Positions 1 through 13,841 of a DNA stretch of 64,000 nt are shown in pieces (positions within the stretch are counted from its first letter, which is position 1; each line of letters starts with the position of its first letter). This stretch comes from Octopus bimaculoides. Lineage: Eukaryota. Both the position numbers and the translations under genes were made by a program. A model generated the notes under the pieces. It was given only the letters and a program-made list of their open reading frames with translations, was not told where the DNA came from and ran no database searches. The stretch spans positions 80,498,384 to 80,562,383 of the forward strand of contig NC_068986.1 of assembly GCF_001194135.2 (NCBI RefSeq), given 5' to 3'.

Positions 1-333
1 GAGCATCTCTGCAGTGATTCCTGATGGGCCGGGGGCTTTCCCGGTCTTCATACTCTTAATTGCTTTATCTACCCTGGTACTATCAACTCGGATAGCTGGT
101 CCCTCTATTGGGTCGACATACGGCAGGCTCTCTTTCTCCCATTCATTCTCTTTATTAAGCAATCTATCGTAGTGGCATCTCCAGACCTCTTTCTTTGCAT
201 CCTCATTTAATGCAAGCGTACCATCATCCATGCGAACACATTTCTCTCCTACAACATCACTATTCTCTCTCCTACACTGTCTTGCAACACGAAATACCTC
301 GAGTCTTTGGTCCTCACGGCGCAGAACATTGTG
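1..333 (-). mobile_element. RTE-clade LINE ORF2 fragment (linker just upstream of the RT domain), continues beyond the left edge
   Basis: Stop-free minus frame HNVLRREDQRLEVFRVARQCRRENSDVVGEKCVRMDDGTLALNEDAKKEVWRCHYDRLLNKENEWEKESLPYVDPIEGPAIRVDSTRVDKAIKSMKTGKAPGPSGITAEML. The KxxKAPGPxGIxxEML motif precedes RT in APE-type LINEs. Confidence 0.8.
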
Positions 334-3233
334 CCATGATGCACAATATGCTGAACCACAATAACTATGGTAAAATGTATGTCTTAGTAACATTCTTGGG
401 GTAGCAAGCATGAGGAAGGTGCAGAAAAACAGAGAAACCATCAGTGTTAGGTGAACAAAGATGAAAAGGTGAACAATAAAATATTACTTTAAACACATCT
501 ACACAGAAGGATGGAGAAAAAAAGAAAAAAAAGACAATAGCATATTTTATTATCATAATTGTCTTCTTAGGTTAACAGATAAATTACAATGTTTTTTCTT
601 TCAACTCATTAAAATCAAATCAATAAATACAATCAATAAATAGTTAAAGAAATAGTTCAGAATGGCGAGGAAATGACAATAACAATAAGAAATAATGAAA
701 TTAAAGAAAAAATACATCCATGTGGTTGTTTAACTGTAGCAGAAAGTAGATGAGTAATGTGTAGTTAATTAACATTTTAAGTAAAAGAACATGTTAATTA
801 AAACATAGGACATCGTGACAAGGTAATCAGTGTCCATGTTACAGGGGAAAATAACAGTGGATAGAATTATTAAAATGAAGGAAATATAGGAGTTACTGTT
901 TTGGGGAATAACAGACCTGAGCATATACATATATAGCAACATGCACAACACATTATTAATGTGTGTGTGTATCTATATGTGTATGCACACACACATATAT
1001 TATCATAGATGATTGTATCTTAACACATAAATACATACTTTCACAGATATTTATATACATACATAAAAGCAAATATATGTATATATATTTTAAGTTGTAG
1101 ACGGCAGTTTTGCATCTGGGTAGCTAAAGTTTTGCATAGGATTGCATCTTTTCAAGGAGAGGGGGTCATTATGTCAGATCCTGTCTATAAAGGAAGGCAA
1201 TGCTTGACAAAGCTGCTAGTTCATAGATATATACATATTTATATACACACACACACACGGCATTGTACATACTAAATATTCATATGGTAGAGTCTCACAT
1301 AAGTAATACAGTCTCCTGGGGTATTTCCCTGCCTTCCTTATTGTTGATAATTATAACCAGCATCACAGCTTTTGTTTTATATATCATCATCATTACCATT
1401 TAACAGCCATTTTTCCATGCTGGCATGGGTTAGATAATTCAACAGAAACTTACAAACCAGAGGGGTGCACTGAACTCCAATATCTGCTTTGGCATGGTAC
1501 TATCATTGGATCCCCTTCCTAAAACCAACCACTTCACAGATTAGAGATTATCTCTTAGTCTTACCAACTGAGCTGAATATGCTTCTTTGAGAAGATCTAT
1601 CAGTGCTTTTTTCAAAATGGGCTGTACTGCACGTAGGGAAGAAGGGCAATGAAAAATTTTATATGAGCACTGGGGAGAAAGGTGGCAGGCAGGATTGTTG
1701 TTGATGTAGATGTGTCTGTAATGTTTTTTTTTTTTAAATCTTTGTTTACAATTTAAATATTAACTTTTAAAATATATTTAAACATAATATCTAATAAACT
1801 GCTTGTTAATCACAATCGCATCAACAATAATATCAATAGACTTCAAAATGTGAATAAGTAAATAATCAAAACTGAATACATACCACCTCTGCATGCAAGT
1901 TATGAACAATAAACTGAAGCATAGCCTAAAAGACATTCTCTCTCACTAAGCCCTGAAACTACTTTTCACTTTTACTCCTATTTCCCCTTCCCTAACACAC
2001 TCTCTCTCCACCTGTAAAAAAAAAACTGTGAAGACCCCCAAATGACCATAGGATGTACCTAGAAAGTTCCCCACCGAGGCACAAGTCTGGGTTAGATTGT
2101 TTATGGAAGACCAGCAGTTACCCATGCATATCAACCTCCCTTTCCATGTGACTGATGTTATCCAAAGGAAAGGCAAAGGCTGATACAGTTTGGCACTGGT
2201 GATGCTGCAACTCATTTCTACAGCTGAGTGAACTGGAGCAATGTGAAATAAAGGGTCTTGCTCAAGAACACAACACAGAGCCTGGTCCAGGAATCAGACT
2301 CATTACCTTATGATTGTGAGCCCAATGCTCTAGCCACTGAACCATGCACTTTCACTATTTATATTAAGCTTTCCACCACCTCTCTCAATAAAAAGACCAG
2401 AGAAACTCCAATAACAACTGTCCTGGATCATGATGAGCTATCTAACCCATGCTGTCATGGTAGGGAGACTGATCAACCCTATCAATGGGTCCTATCACTC
2501 AACCCCTCTGACATAGCTCTTTCCCTTCTACTCTCCCTTTGTCTTCACCACTTCCACCACTTAACCTCCTTCTTATACACAGGTATGGGCTGGACACAAC
2601 AGGACTGCATCATGTTCCAGTGTCTGCTATGGCATGGCTTCTAAGGCTGGATGTCCTTCCTAACACCAACCACTTTATAGAATATACTGTACTGGGTGCA
2701 CCAGCACTTGGAAGGTCACCAAATAATTTCTAACTAAAAGACAAAAAAAAAAAAAAGTAAACACTTCATGTAGCTAATATTACTGGTGACTTCTTTGCTT
2801 TTAAATTTTAANNNNNNNNNNTCAGTCCCACTACACAGTACCTTGAGTAAGAGTCTTCTAATACAGCCTTAAGTCAATCAAAGCCTTGTGAATAGATATG
2901 GCAGACAGAAACTGAAAGAAACTTGTTGTACATGTGCATGTGTCCTTGTCTTGACAGTGCATCATAGTTGTAAACAAGTGTCACCATTATACAAGTAGTG
3001 TTGTTCATTTCTAACCATCCATGAAAATAATTCTGGCCATGGGTAATATGGGTGAGGGATGGTGACAGGAAAGACATCTGGCCATAGAGAATCTGTCTCA
3101 ATGATTTCCAATTCAACGATGCTTGCATAGAAATGCAGACAATTAAGCAAAGCCATGATGGTATATTACAATGTGAGACAGCCATGCATGCATTTAGTAC
3201 ATAAAGTATAATGTTAGTGCCTCTCTCTCTCTA

Positions 3234-3332
<99 letters not shown>

Positions 3333-3963
3333 ATGGATGTGACAGGTTCATACATATACACTCACACACACACACAGACAAATGTTGCTGATTCTGGAAG
3401 AACATAAGAAAATCAGTACAAAGTCAACAATGTGATGACTAATTACATTTCAACAGATCTAATTAGTGACACAACTTAACAAGTTGAAAGAAGAGCAGAC
3501 ATTCTTCTAAATATCTCTAAGTCTCTAATAGCTCTTTGTATATATATGCGAGTGATGAGGAGCACTTAGTGTTCAAAAGAAGTATGTCTCCAATAACATA
3601 ACATTGATACATATGCAGAAATACACATACATACATATGTAGAAATACATACACATACACACATATATAAATACATATGCATGTAAACATAGACACACAT
3701 ACATATATAAACTCATATGAATATGCAGACACACATAAACACACTTAAATACAAACACATATATATTCTAATCTTTCCTTCTCTTCATCTCTATGTACAT
3801 TTTTAGTATATAATTGGTATATACACATATAAATACTTTTAAATTCTAAACCATTACATTTATACGTGTATATGTGTGTGTATGCAAGTACATTTACATA
3901 TATGTATGTATGTGTGTGCGATACACACTCACTTAAATGTGTGTATATCTTTTTTTTAATTCT

Positions 3964-5579
3964 TTATATCTGTTGAATTGCTCGGAAGCGAATGGCACGA
4001 AAAAATGCCAAAGACATGGCGAGCAGGAAGAGAACAACACCAAGAAGAGGCATGATGCTACTATAAATGAATGAGTCTTCAAATGCAAATTGTTGATACC
4101 AAATAATAGCAAAGAGAATAATAAGGAATGGATAAACAACCCTCTCTATAAATGTCTCTTGCCTGCCCTCATTTATTGGGGGAGGTACAAATGCAGCACC
4201 GGCTTGATTTGATGTCGATTCCTCATTTCGACGAGCAAGGGAAGGTGTAATCAAACAATGGATAATGGAATTTCCCTTCACGTTACATGAACTCAATGTG
4301 GAAGTATCATTACCAAGAGCTTTCCCGTTGAAGATGAAGCGTACCATTTTGTTATCTGAAAGTTCTTTTCTAAAATGTGACCTGCAAGACAGAAAAAAAA
4401 AAAAAAGAAAAGAAAGACAACCTTCAGATGAAAGGCAAAATGTTTGTTTAAAAATATAACATTAATATTAGAACATGTGACAAGGTGGTGAGCTGGCAGT
4501 ATCACAAGCACACCACCCAAAATGCTTAGTAGCATTTTGTCTATCTACATTCTGAGTTCAAATTCTATTGAGGTTGATTTTATCTTTCATCCTTTCGGGG
4601 TCAATAAAATAAGCACCAGCTGAACACTGGGGTTAGTTTAATTGACTTGACCCCTCCCCTAAAAACTGCTGACATTGTGTCAAAATTTGAAACTGATATT
4701 AGAACATGTTACAGATAAGTGCAGGTGTGGCTGTGTGGTAAAAATATTCACTGTAAAGATGAGGTTAATAATCAGAAAAATTACAATCTTAATTGAACAG
4801 AAAAATTAATTTTTAAAAAAATTTCTAAGATATTTGTGATAAACCTGGTTAGCAATTGAGAAATTTTATAAAACACAAGAGAGATTCATTATAAAATCTC
4901 CTGTGGTGCTGATCATCTAATTACACTGTGACCATGACTTATTACAAACCCCACTTGTCCCAGTTACAAGTGTGTGTAGAGAAAAATCAGTTACTTACTG
5001 TCGAAATCCTCCAATTGTATCAGATAAATATGCATCAACAATGCGCTGAGTATTGTTCAAATACATCAGTTTTATTTTTACTTGCTTCTCTTTCTTTTCT
5101 TCTTCTTCTCCTTCTTCCGCCACAGTCTCAAAAGAATTCTGGTCACCGCTCACCAGATTCTCATTAACTTGAGCTGATGCAGATTCACTTTGATCTTCAC
5201 CATCTTCATTTGAAGCAAGATTTTCTGAATCTTTGTCAGCATCTTCCAATAAATTACTTTCTGAAGAGTTGTCTGTCGTGTCATCCTTTGCCGTCTCTAC
5301 ACTGGTAGTTTCAGCACTCCGCACCAAGACAGGTGTTGGAGAAACTTCTTCAAGTGGTTCACTTGGTTGAAGTGGTGGTTCCGCAGTGACATGTACTGCA
5401 GCATGGTTGGGTTGGACGTTGGTGAAAATTAAATCTTGCATTGACTCAAGGACAAACACATTAACAAAAGGGATGAAGCGTAACTGAGTTGATAACCAAC
5501 AAGCCGTTATGAGGATGACAGCAAACATTATCATCATGGCGTATGTCACCTCATCTCCGAAGCCTTCAATCATTGGCAT
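3964..5579 (-). CDS. TMUB1: Transmembrane and ubiquitin-like domain-containing protein (co-ortholog of vertebrate TMUB1/TMUB2), 332 aa; join(complement 4999..5579, 3964..4381)
   Basis: N-terminal MPMIEGFGDEV plus TM helix ending WLST (family motif LIEGVGDEV...AWxST) and an acidic linker. UBL domain IKLMYLNN...FRQ|SHF...VRFIFNGKALGNDTSTLSSCNVKGNSIIHCLIT, then two C-terminal hydrophobic helices. Phase-2 GT-AG intron 4382-4998. An acceptor at 5596-5597 implies upstream non-coding exon(s). Confidence 0.9.
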
Positions 5580-6191
5580 TTTGACTATTTAGTGTCTGAA
5601 AAGAAGCAAAGGTCAGTCATCATCATCATCATTATCAACATTAAACTACATGATATCAAAACAACTTTCAGATAACAACATATTAACTGACTATGTCTAC
5701 CAGTTTCCCATATTAAACATGTCTATTATACCGACAAGGAAATTGATCTTTAGGCAGGGTTGTAGAGTTAATAAACAAAATCTCCAACTCCAGCCCCTCA
5801 AATCATGATAACTCCACAATTTATGGTGCCACTAACTCCTCTTTCTTTCATAATTAGACTAATAATATATTTCATAAAGGTGACGAGCTGGCAGAATCGT
5901 AAGCACAATTTTGTCTGTCTTCACATTCTGTTCTGTGTTCAAATTCCACTGCAGTTAATTTTGGCTTTCATCCTTTCAGGGTCAATAAAATAAGTATCAG
6001 TTGTGTACTGGTGTTGATGTAATTGATTTACTCCTCCCCCTGAAATTGCTGGCCTTGTGCCAAAACTTGAAGTGAATAATATATTTCATATATTGATTAA
6101 AAGCACACAACATACACGGTGAATGTGATTCACTAGCCTAAATTTTAGCACCCTAATGTCTTAAAGTTAGGCTTAAGGTAAAAAGATATTC

Positions 6192-6935
6192 TAAGTTTTA
6201 ACAGTCTAGCTCACTTCTGCTGTTTACATCAGTGCTTGGAAGGAAGGTGTGTAGCATGTGATCATTGCATTGACCATAATTGAGATTGTTGAGCAGAGAA
6301 TCTGCATCAAATTTTGCCAAAAGCTTGGTGATACCTGCTCAGAGGTCTATGCAAAGTTTGCAAAAAGTTTTCATCGTTCTCGACACAATCCAGGAGATCT
6401 TGTGCAACTGAAACCCGAGTGTCCTTTTGGTCAGCTGAAAGCAGTTTTGGCAGACACATGTCTCATACCCAAATCTTCAGTGATAATGGACTGAACTGAA
6501 CTGTAACGAATCTGCACATCCTCTTATAACTCACAGATGGTGATGCGATGCTTCTCTCAGTTTTGCTGGTTGCAGGTCTCCTGGAATGTTCATCAATATC
6601 GACACATTTTCGACCATCTTGGAAACGCCTGAACCACTCATACACTTGTGTGCAGCTCATACACTCCTCTCCATACACTTTCTGCAACTTTATGTGGGCC
6701 TCTGAGCAGTTATCGCCATGACAACTTTCTCTGTTATGGTCAATGCAATGATCACACACTACACACCTTCCTTCCAAGCACTGCTGTAAATAGTGAAAGT
6801 GAGCTAGAACGTTAAAACTTAGTGAGCATGCAAAGCAGAGCTCAAGGTCAATCTATGCCAAGCAGCTTCACTCTGTGTACTGTGTACTTTAGCTTCATTA
6901 CTATGGCAACAGTCCGGATACTAATTGATCAGACC
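6192..6935 (-). mobile_element. Rearranged mariner (MLE) transposon relic with inverted duplication of its 5' part
   Basis: Minus strand reads SEAHIKLQKVYGEECMSCTQVYEWFRRFQDGRKCVDIDEHSRRP (mariner HTH) and LPKLLSADQKDTRVSVAQDLLDCVENDENF. Plus strand 6258-6365 reads EQRICIKFCQKLGDTCSEVYAK. 6192-6278 and 6735-6821 are inverted copies. TIR-like end gaggtctgatcaattagtatccggactg lies near 6935. Confidence 0.8.
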
Positions 6936-6947
6936 TCATGTGTGTGC

Positions 6948-7004
<57 letters not shown>

Positions 7005-8419
7005 AAAGAAAAAAATAAAAGAATATAAAAATAAAGTACAAAAATACTATAAAAAAGATTAGTAATATTGTTTACTATTTCAAAACTTCAAAAGTAAAAC
7101 TAAAAGACTGAGCATTGCATCTTAACAAACGAACATTTCAAATGAAATAAACTCAATTAGATACATAAATCATCCTTTCAATTTCAATATAAAATTTAAG
7201 TCAATGTTATATAAAAGATTCCAATGAATGAAATAAAATTTACTAATATCTTGTTCTTAAAAACAGAACTACTTCCACCTGATCAACCTTCAGTGAAACT
7301 CTTAAATTTGATTTATTATCCTCCAATTAGTATCTATGAAATCAGTTAAATTAATAACTATAAAATTGGAAATTTTAATGCATGACTGTTTACTTTTAGT
7401 CAGACTATGTACATTTCTACTGAGTTCAGCTCCAATAACCTAATGACTGCTTCCAACTCTGACTCCATAACACTAACTTTACAACCAATCATGTTTTAGG
7501 TGTACCAGATGTATTTATAGTTAATTTGGAGAGGAAGTTGACACTCCATATAGATATACCTGTTCGTGTAACTACTTACAGCTAAGCAAGTATCAGTTTC
7601 ATTTTACCATTGACAACATCAAAGACAGTTCTGTGATATATTGTATGCATGCAAACATGTTGTTTAGCACCAAGTCAGCCTTGAAAGAACACACTTATGA
7701 TCAAAGGTATTCCAGCCATGACCATCCATTCCCCAGGCACAGTTCACTGAAACCTATATCACAATGCTCCGTAAGATGGCAGGATGTAATCTGGAATTTG
7801 GATGGTATCTTTAACAGATCAAGAGATCACGTAGAAGCCCTCATTAGCAGCAGAAGGTGGGAAGCCTTCATTAACAGCAGAAATTGTACCATATCTGTGA
7901 ATATCTAGGAATGGAAATTAAAAGTTGTTGCACATCAGTAACCATACAACAGAGGTGTGCTGGAACACATGAATATATTCATCATCATCATCTAACATTC
8001 ATTTTCCATGCTGGCATGAGTTGGACAGTTTGACTAAAACCTGGTAAGCTGCACCAGGTTCCAGTCTGATTTGGTATGGTTTCTACAGCTGGATGCCCTT
8101 CCTAATGCCAAACACTCCAAGAGTGTAGTGGGTGCTTTTCACTTATTTAAACTTCCAGCAATGAAGAATGAAACACATGTATGTCATATCACACCTGTAA
8201 ACCAACAACAAAAGTCTGCTGGAGGTTGTGTGATTGTGTCAACAGTTTCATCACTATATATTTTTCTCTCAATATACAATATCAAAACCAACATATACAC
8301 ACAATAAGTGATGATTAATTATAATTATACAAAGTCATACATGTACAAACACACACACACACACATATGAATTCAACCAGATTGACACTTCCAGACACAT
8401 ACATTATCATCTACCCATG

Positions 8420-8950
8420 ACTGACAAAACCAGTTATTGGAGTACCTCCCTAGATGCGCTAGCTGTCAGAAAGGTCCCTGATAGCCAGAAGGATCATGAT
8501 ATTAAAATCTTTTCAGTCATTGATATTGTCAAACTAGGATTTCTTCTGCTTCATTGGCTTCCTTCAATTGTGCCACAAAGAATGGTTTGGGGCAGAAATT
8601 GAAACAGGATACATGTCTGTAGTGGTGAAATTTCTGCAACAGAGAGTGGTTCCTGCCTGCCAACACATTCCAAGACTGCTGCCTATCAAAGCTATTTGTG
8701 CTCTGTGTACAATATGCATAGTAGCATTTCAAAGTACTTGTGTTTAAATGCCTGGATTCTTCATTCCTTGTCAGTTGTAAGAGTCTAGCTTTTGCATGCT
8801 TACAGAAAGCAAGGAGTGACCAGGGACTTGCACACTGAGCTTCATGGAAAAACTGATAAGCTTGCTTTTCCACATGACATTCAGTACCATCATGGTACAT
8901 GAAACTAAGCCAAGTCTTGTGTTTGTCCACTCTATCATGATGTTGTCTTT
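8420..8950 (-). mobile_element. Degenerate RTE-clade LINE C-terminal relic in the TMUB 5' region
   Basis: Stop-riddled minus frame CKSLVTPCFL*ACKS*TLTTDKE*RIQAFKHKYFEMLLCILYTEHK...FLPQTILCGTIEGSQ*SRRNP matches the RTE consensus YKSLVxxxLLYGCESWTLT...RIQAFE...LxISYxEH...PKxILQGTVEGxRxRGRP. Confidence 0.65.
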
Positions 8951-11308
8951 GCTCTAAGTGAATGCAAGATATTTAACTCTTTAGCATTCAGATTATTCAG
9001 TTACATGTAATGCTTATTTATTTACACTGTTTCAAATTAATCATGAATTATTTTGTAGCTTCAAGATTCTGATGATGTCGTAGTTTATTTTTGGAATGAC
9101 ATTGTAAGGTAGATGTGAGGGGCCAGATTTGGCTAGTTTGAACATAAAACAGGTAGAATACTTGGGTCAGATACAGTTGGTTTAAATGCTAAAAAGTTAA
9201 AGCTGTCCATTTCTTCAAGGTTTTGTTTATTCAACATGATGTTTGATGATGTGTTCTAGAGGTAGCTATTGATCAGAATCTTGCCCTTTTCTCAAGTGAT
9301 CTCCATTCCATGAATTACAGCCTTATGGCAGGTACCTGGAGTTCTACTACATTGCATCTCATTAAGACAATATCAACAACAAAATTCAAGTTACAATGAG
9401 GCCATTCTCCAGCAGAAATGGACGTTTCAAAGTCACATTGTACTCCATGTATGATGTTTACCAGGAAGTTGTAGAAAAACATTTAGGAAGGGATACAGCC
9501 ATGACAAACTCCATCTGAAGTCTAAAGAAGTCTCCCAAGTTGTTTTTCTGAAGTGAGCTGTCTGAATTTTTGTACATACATACACAGAAACATGAAACAC
9601 TTGCAAAGAAACAACAAAAATACACACTTTTCATATATATGTATGCATAGATTATATATTTATGGGATGGTGGGGCTGGATAGAACTAAGATGATGAGAG
9701 GAAACAAGATGAGTAGGATGGGAATGTTTGAATGGAACTGGTATGAGCCCAGATAGCTTCTTGCAGAGGCCATTATAGTCACAGTGGAAACAGTGTACCA
9801 GAGTGTATCTCAGAGTTACTTTACACCAATCAGCCAGTTGTTTATAGTGTATTGGTAAATGAATCTTTGTCAATCAGTTGAATGCTGTTTTATTTCAACT
9901 TGGTCTCAGATAGTTGTGTGTTGCAAACAACATCTAACATGTGAACAATAAAATGTTTATGGTGGTCTTTAGTTAATGTTTAGCAACTGTATAGAGCTGA
10001 TGTATATTTTGATCCTTAAAACAAAGCCTAACTTTGGAGAAATAGTTCTGCCAATGCAAAATAAATGTGATGTGACTTCTACAAATTATAAGCATTTTAG
10101 CTGTGTGCAGTTCATGTGAAAAACAGTGACGTGCAAGTCTGTTTCTTTGATGTGTAATGTGTCTTCAAGCTGTTAAAAGAAACCAGATTGTCACATTCCC
10201 ATGCTTTGATAGAATGGGGCAGAGTAACTGTACATGGAAAGGGCAGACCAGGTGTAGAACATGTAAATTGAATATGGAGGATGATGGCAAAGAAAAGTTT
10301 AAGAAGTGATGGGCAGTATCACCTATGTAAGAGTGGTTTGTTAAAACTGAATAAATAGTCAATTTATTTAGGGAGCAGTGTGGGTGACAAAACTGAACCT
10401 TTAGGTATACCAGAGTTAACTGAGTGCAGGAGAGGGGGTGAGAGAGAGATTAACATATGCTGCACTGAAGTGGTTTGACAAGATGTAGGAGAAGACAGAG
10501 AATATAGGTGTGTGAAACTTAGCTAAGAGGTCTCACATAAGACACAGTTAAGGGCTTTGTTCATATGGGCAACACCATTGCTTTTGTATAGTCCTCAAAT
10601 GTGGGAAACCACTACTGAGTGACAGAGCTAAGCAGTTTCTGGTTTCACACCAGAAACCATACTCATATGATGATGATGACGATGGTGGTGGTAATGTAGC
10701 AGTAGTAGTAGTAATAGTAGTAGTAGATGTGGCTGAACCAGTGTCCAGATATTCTGTGGGGAAGATTTCGTTCATTACCGTAACATCGAATGGTGTGTTC
10801 TGAAAGTTATAAGGCAGGACCATCTATCTCAGATGTTTACGACTTAAATAACATAATGTCGTCGTGTTGACAGTCTGACAGACACTATTAAAAATATTCC
10901 AATTATTAGTGTCAGACACTCACATTGGGATTCACAAGGTTAACGGTTCAATCTTCAAAAATGATGGTATTTGCAAATTTTATGCAAATTACCCAATGAA
11001 TCAATTTACTGGGCTATTTATGTATGTGTGTACACATGTACACACAACCATACCTGTGTCTATGGTGTTTGTTGGTAAACAGTAGCACGATCAGGTAAGC
11101 AAGGATACGACTGTGTGTGTGTGTGTAATACAAATAATATATAGATATATGGGTACAGGACATAAAAAAACGTTAAACACAATGAGAAAGGAAAACAGAA
11201 AACGAACTTTTTTCGAACAACGAAAAAAACACAGAAGCGAGACATGCAACATAAAGAGTATCTCCCTTCGTCAGGTGTCCCTGTTCCATATACTCCGCGT
11301 TTCGAAGG

Positions 11309-11352
<44 letters not shown>

Positions 11353-12583
11353 CAAATTGGGATGGCGAAGGAAAGAAACATTTATGTACTTCATTAACTT
11401 ACAGCTGAAACATGTCTATACTGAGTTCTAACACGCACACATATATAAGTAATAAAGTTAATGTCTGGTCATATATATTTACACGAAGTAAATATGATCC
11501 ACTGATGATGTATATGTGTATACATACACAAAAAGTAAACGCAGTGTATAGTGACATGCATTATATAAGATTTATTAAATGTTCTTCAATAATTCATGTG
11601 AGTCCTGCTCCACTTTATATATTTTATTTCCAAACCAAATCTGATTCCACACCCAATCTAACTGATTCTTACTAATATGTCTATATGTCCAATATTGGCA
11701 TTTTGAGCAGTTAACAAAATCTATTTAAATTGTTCCTCAATAGCTATCACACTATCATAGCAGTAGATTAAATAAAAGCGGTGGAGGTTTAAAATCGAAT
11801 CGAGGAAAAGGAAACGACATGATAAACAACAACTGCTTAAAAAGAAATAAAAATGAAACTGAGGCCAACCCGGAACCCTTACAGGTCCCAGATTACCCTC
11901 ACTGGTAACGGCAAGTGTCCCTCTTCCAACTATACTGAGAATTAGTCCATTTCCTCCAACTGTACATGTCACTCATACTTTTTAGCAAATTTACTGGAAG
12001 GCAATACCTGCCTCCTTCAACTTACTCCAAGCAGAAACGGAAGAAGTTGATGAGGTGTTAGTAGACATTAAAAAAATTCCTGTTATAATGAGAAACCAAA
12101 TTGATAGAAGAGTAAAACGCATCCTACTACAATTACTCCGTTTAGGCTGACCAAACCAAATGTTGTCTCCGCTCAAAACACTTGTCTATCTAATCTCAAA
12201 GTTTGAGTTTTGTTAACAACACTATTCAGTTTTTTCCCCCACTATTATTTAAGGTAAATAATAATAATAAACTTAACATACTGGAACATAAGTACAAGGT
12301 TACAGATCAAGGGGCGAAGTGTGAGAGTGAATTAAATTAGCCTCCTGTCTCTCGGTACTTCGCTGGTATTTCATTTTATCGCTTCCAGGAAAATAAAAGA
12401 TTAAGTCGACCTTGGCGGGATTTGAACAACAAATACAACCATATGTGGTGGTGGGGAGGCTGAAGAATGTGATTATATAACAGTTTCATCGCTGTACAAC
12501 ATTAAAATACTGATGGCGAAGGAAAGATAGAATTATAAACAACAATGAAATAGAAAGAGATGCATGATTATTGTTGTTATTAC

Positions 12584-12730
12584 CTTTCACTTAACTCGAT
12601 GTAGACATTGCAAATACAATGATAGAAACCAGTATGTCACGTGACGACTACAATATACTTCCGCTAATCAACGAAACCGGACAGAAGTAATAACAAACTC
12701 ATTGTAACCGGGCGGAAGTGTTCACAAACA
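12584..12730. promoter_or_regulatory. Putative TMUB promoter / first non-coding exon
   Basis: CpG-retaining patch with palindrome GTCACGTGAC (12636-12645), ACTACAA, ETS-type CTTCCG and GGCGGAAGTG. Minus-strand donor AAG|GTAATA at 12584/12583. Confidence 0.5.
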
Positions 12731-13101
12731 TATCCCTATCCTATTACAGTAACTGTTGATTGTCGTCTGTTGTGTATTTTACGAAACGGCAAGACAGCTC
12801 ACTAATTTTTAAATGCAATAGTGTATGTCAAAGAAAGAAAGGTCGGGTGAATTATTTTATTTTACATAACCATTTCTAATCAACCAACACGCCATTATTT
12901 TAGCCCTTGTTACCTGCTCTATTGACCGGATTGAATTCTGTCATTTGCATACAACAGTAAATCCTAACTCAGATCACTTTAATTTTATGTCGCAAAATAA
13001 TAAAAAAGTTTTACTTGCAATAATTCAGTGAAATTTTCACAAGTAAACAGTGAGAAAATGAAGGGAAAAAAAAAAATACATCAGTAAATAATCAAAATTT
13101 G

Positions 13102-13841
13102 GGATCTTGTTCAAAACGGAGGCACCAGTATTTTCTTAACGAAACACTTTGAAACTTGGGACACTGGTAGAATGTGTCATATAAAACATCTTTTTCTCTT
13201 AGTCTTCTTAACAAAAAAACGTACATCGCAAGTTATTTCATGTTAAAGTTGTCGTATTTCTGTAATTTCAACCAATGACTGACGTCCATTCAGCCGAATA
13301 ACAGTAAGTGCTGACTACGTAAACAAACGATTCTCAAACGATTTTGGCGGTGATAAAATTATTATTTCCTTGTCAAAAAACGGCTGAAGCATATTGGCAG
13401 TAGCTAATAAACCTTTCTATTATANNNNNNNNNNNNNNNNNNNNNNNNNNNNNNNNNNNNNNNNNNNNNNNNNNNNNNNNNNNNNNNNTATTATAGGCAC
13501 AAGGCATGGTTTTTGAGGGAAGGAGCAAGTCAATTAGGGTTAGGGAAAACGAACACATGTATGTTGCCTCTGCAAAATGTCAGAAGTAATGGAGATTAAA
13601 TACGCTTTACACCGCTTAAACTGCCAAAGAAGTAACTTGTAAACAGCTGAATATTTGTCAGTGATTGGTTGAAATTATCGAAATAAGACAATTTTTTACA
13701 TGAAATAAATTCGAATACAAAATTTTTTTTCTGTTGTATAACACAAAATAGATAAGTATACGAAGTTTGAAAGTCTTTCGGTACCAAAAACACTACATAA
13801 AACATAAATGAAAACTGGTGCCCCCGTTTTGAACAAGATCC
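13102..13841. mobile_element. Non-autonomous DNA transposon (MITE) with GG...CC termini and 8-bp TSD; Merlin-like (hAT or MULE not excluded)
   Basis: TIRs ggatcttgttcaaaacggaggcaccagt / actggtgcccccgttttgaacaagatcc. Exact TSD AAAATTTG at 13094-13101 and 13842-13849. Interrupted by gap 13425-13488. Confidence 0.7.

Noticed and set aside
2258-3758. Several 60-128 aa ORFs (likewise 19517-20187, 24921-25304, 37320-37628, 45562-45913, 63003-63510)
   Set aside because: Translations of SINEs, RTE tails or simple repeats, with no protein-family motifs or splice support.
11245-11310. Minus-strand GAAACGCG and CTGACGA hammerhead words
   Set aside because: The order is permuted, no NUH with a pairing helix I, and helix II would need core nucleotides. 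At best a scrambled terminal-repeat junction.
11899-11976. 25-aa ORF MSDMYSWRKWTNSQYSWKRDTCRYQ with repeated YSW(R/K)(K/R), neuropeptide-like
   Set aside because: No signal peptide in frame and no plausible intron links it to the upstream hydrophobic ORF. Too short to support.
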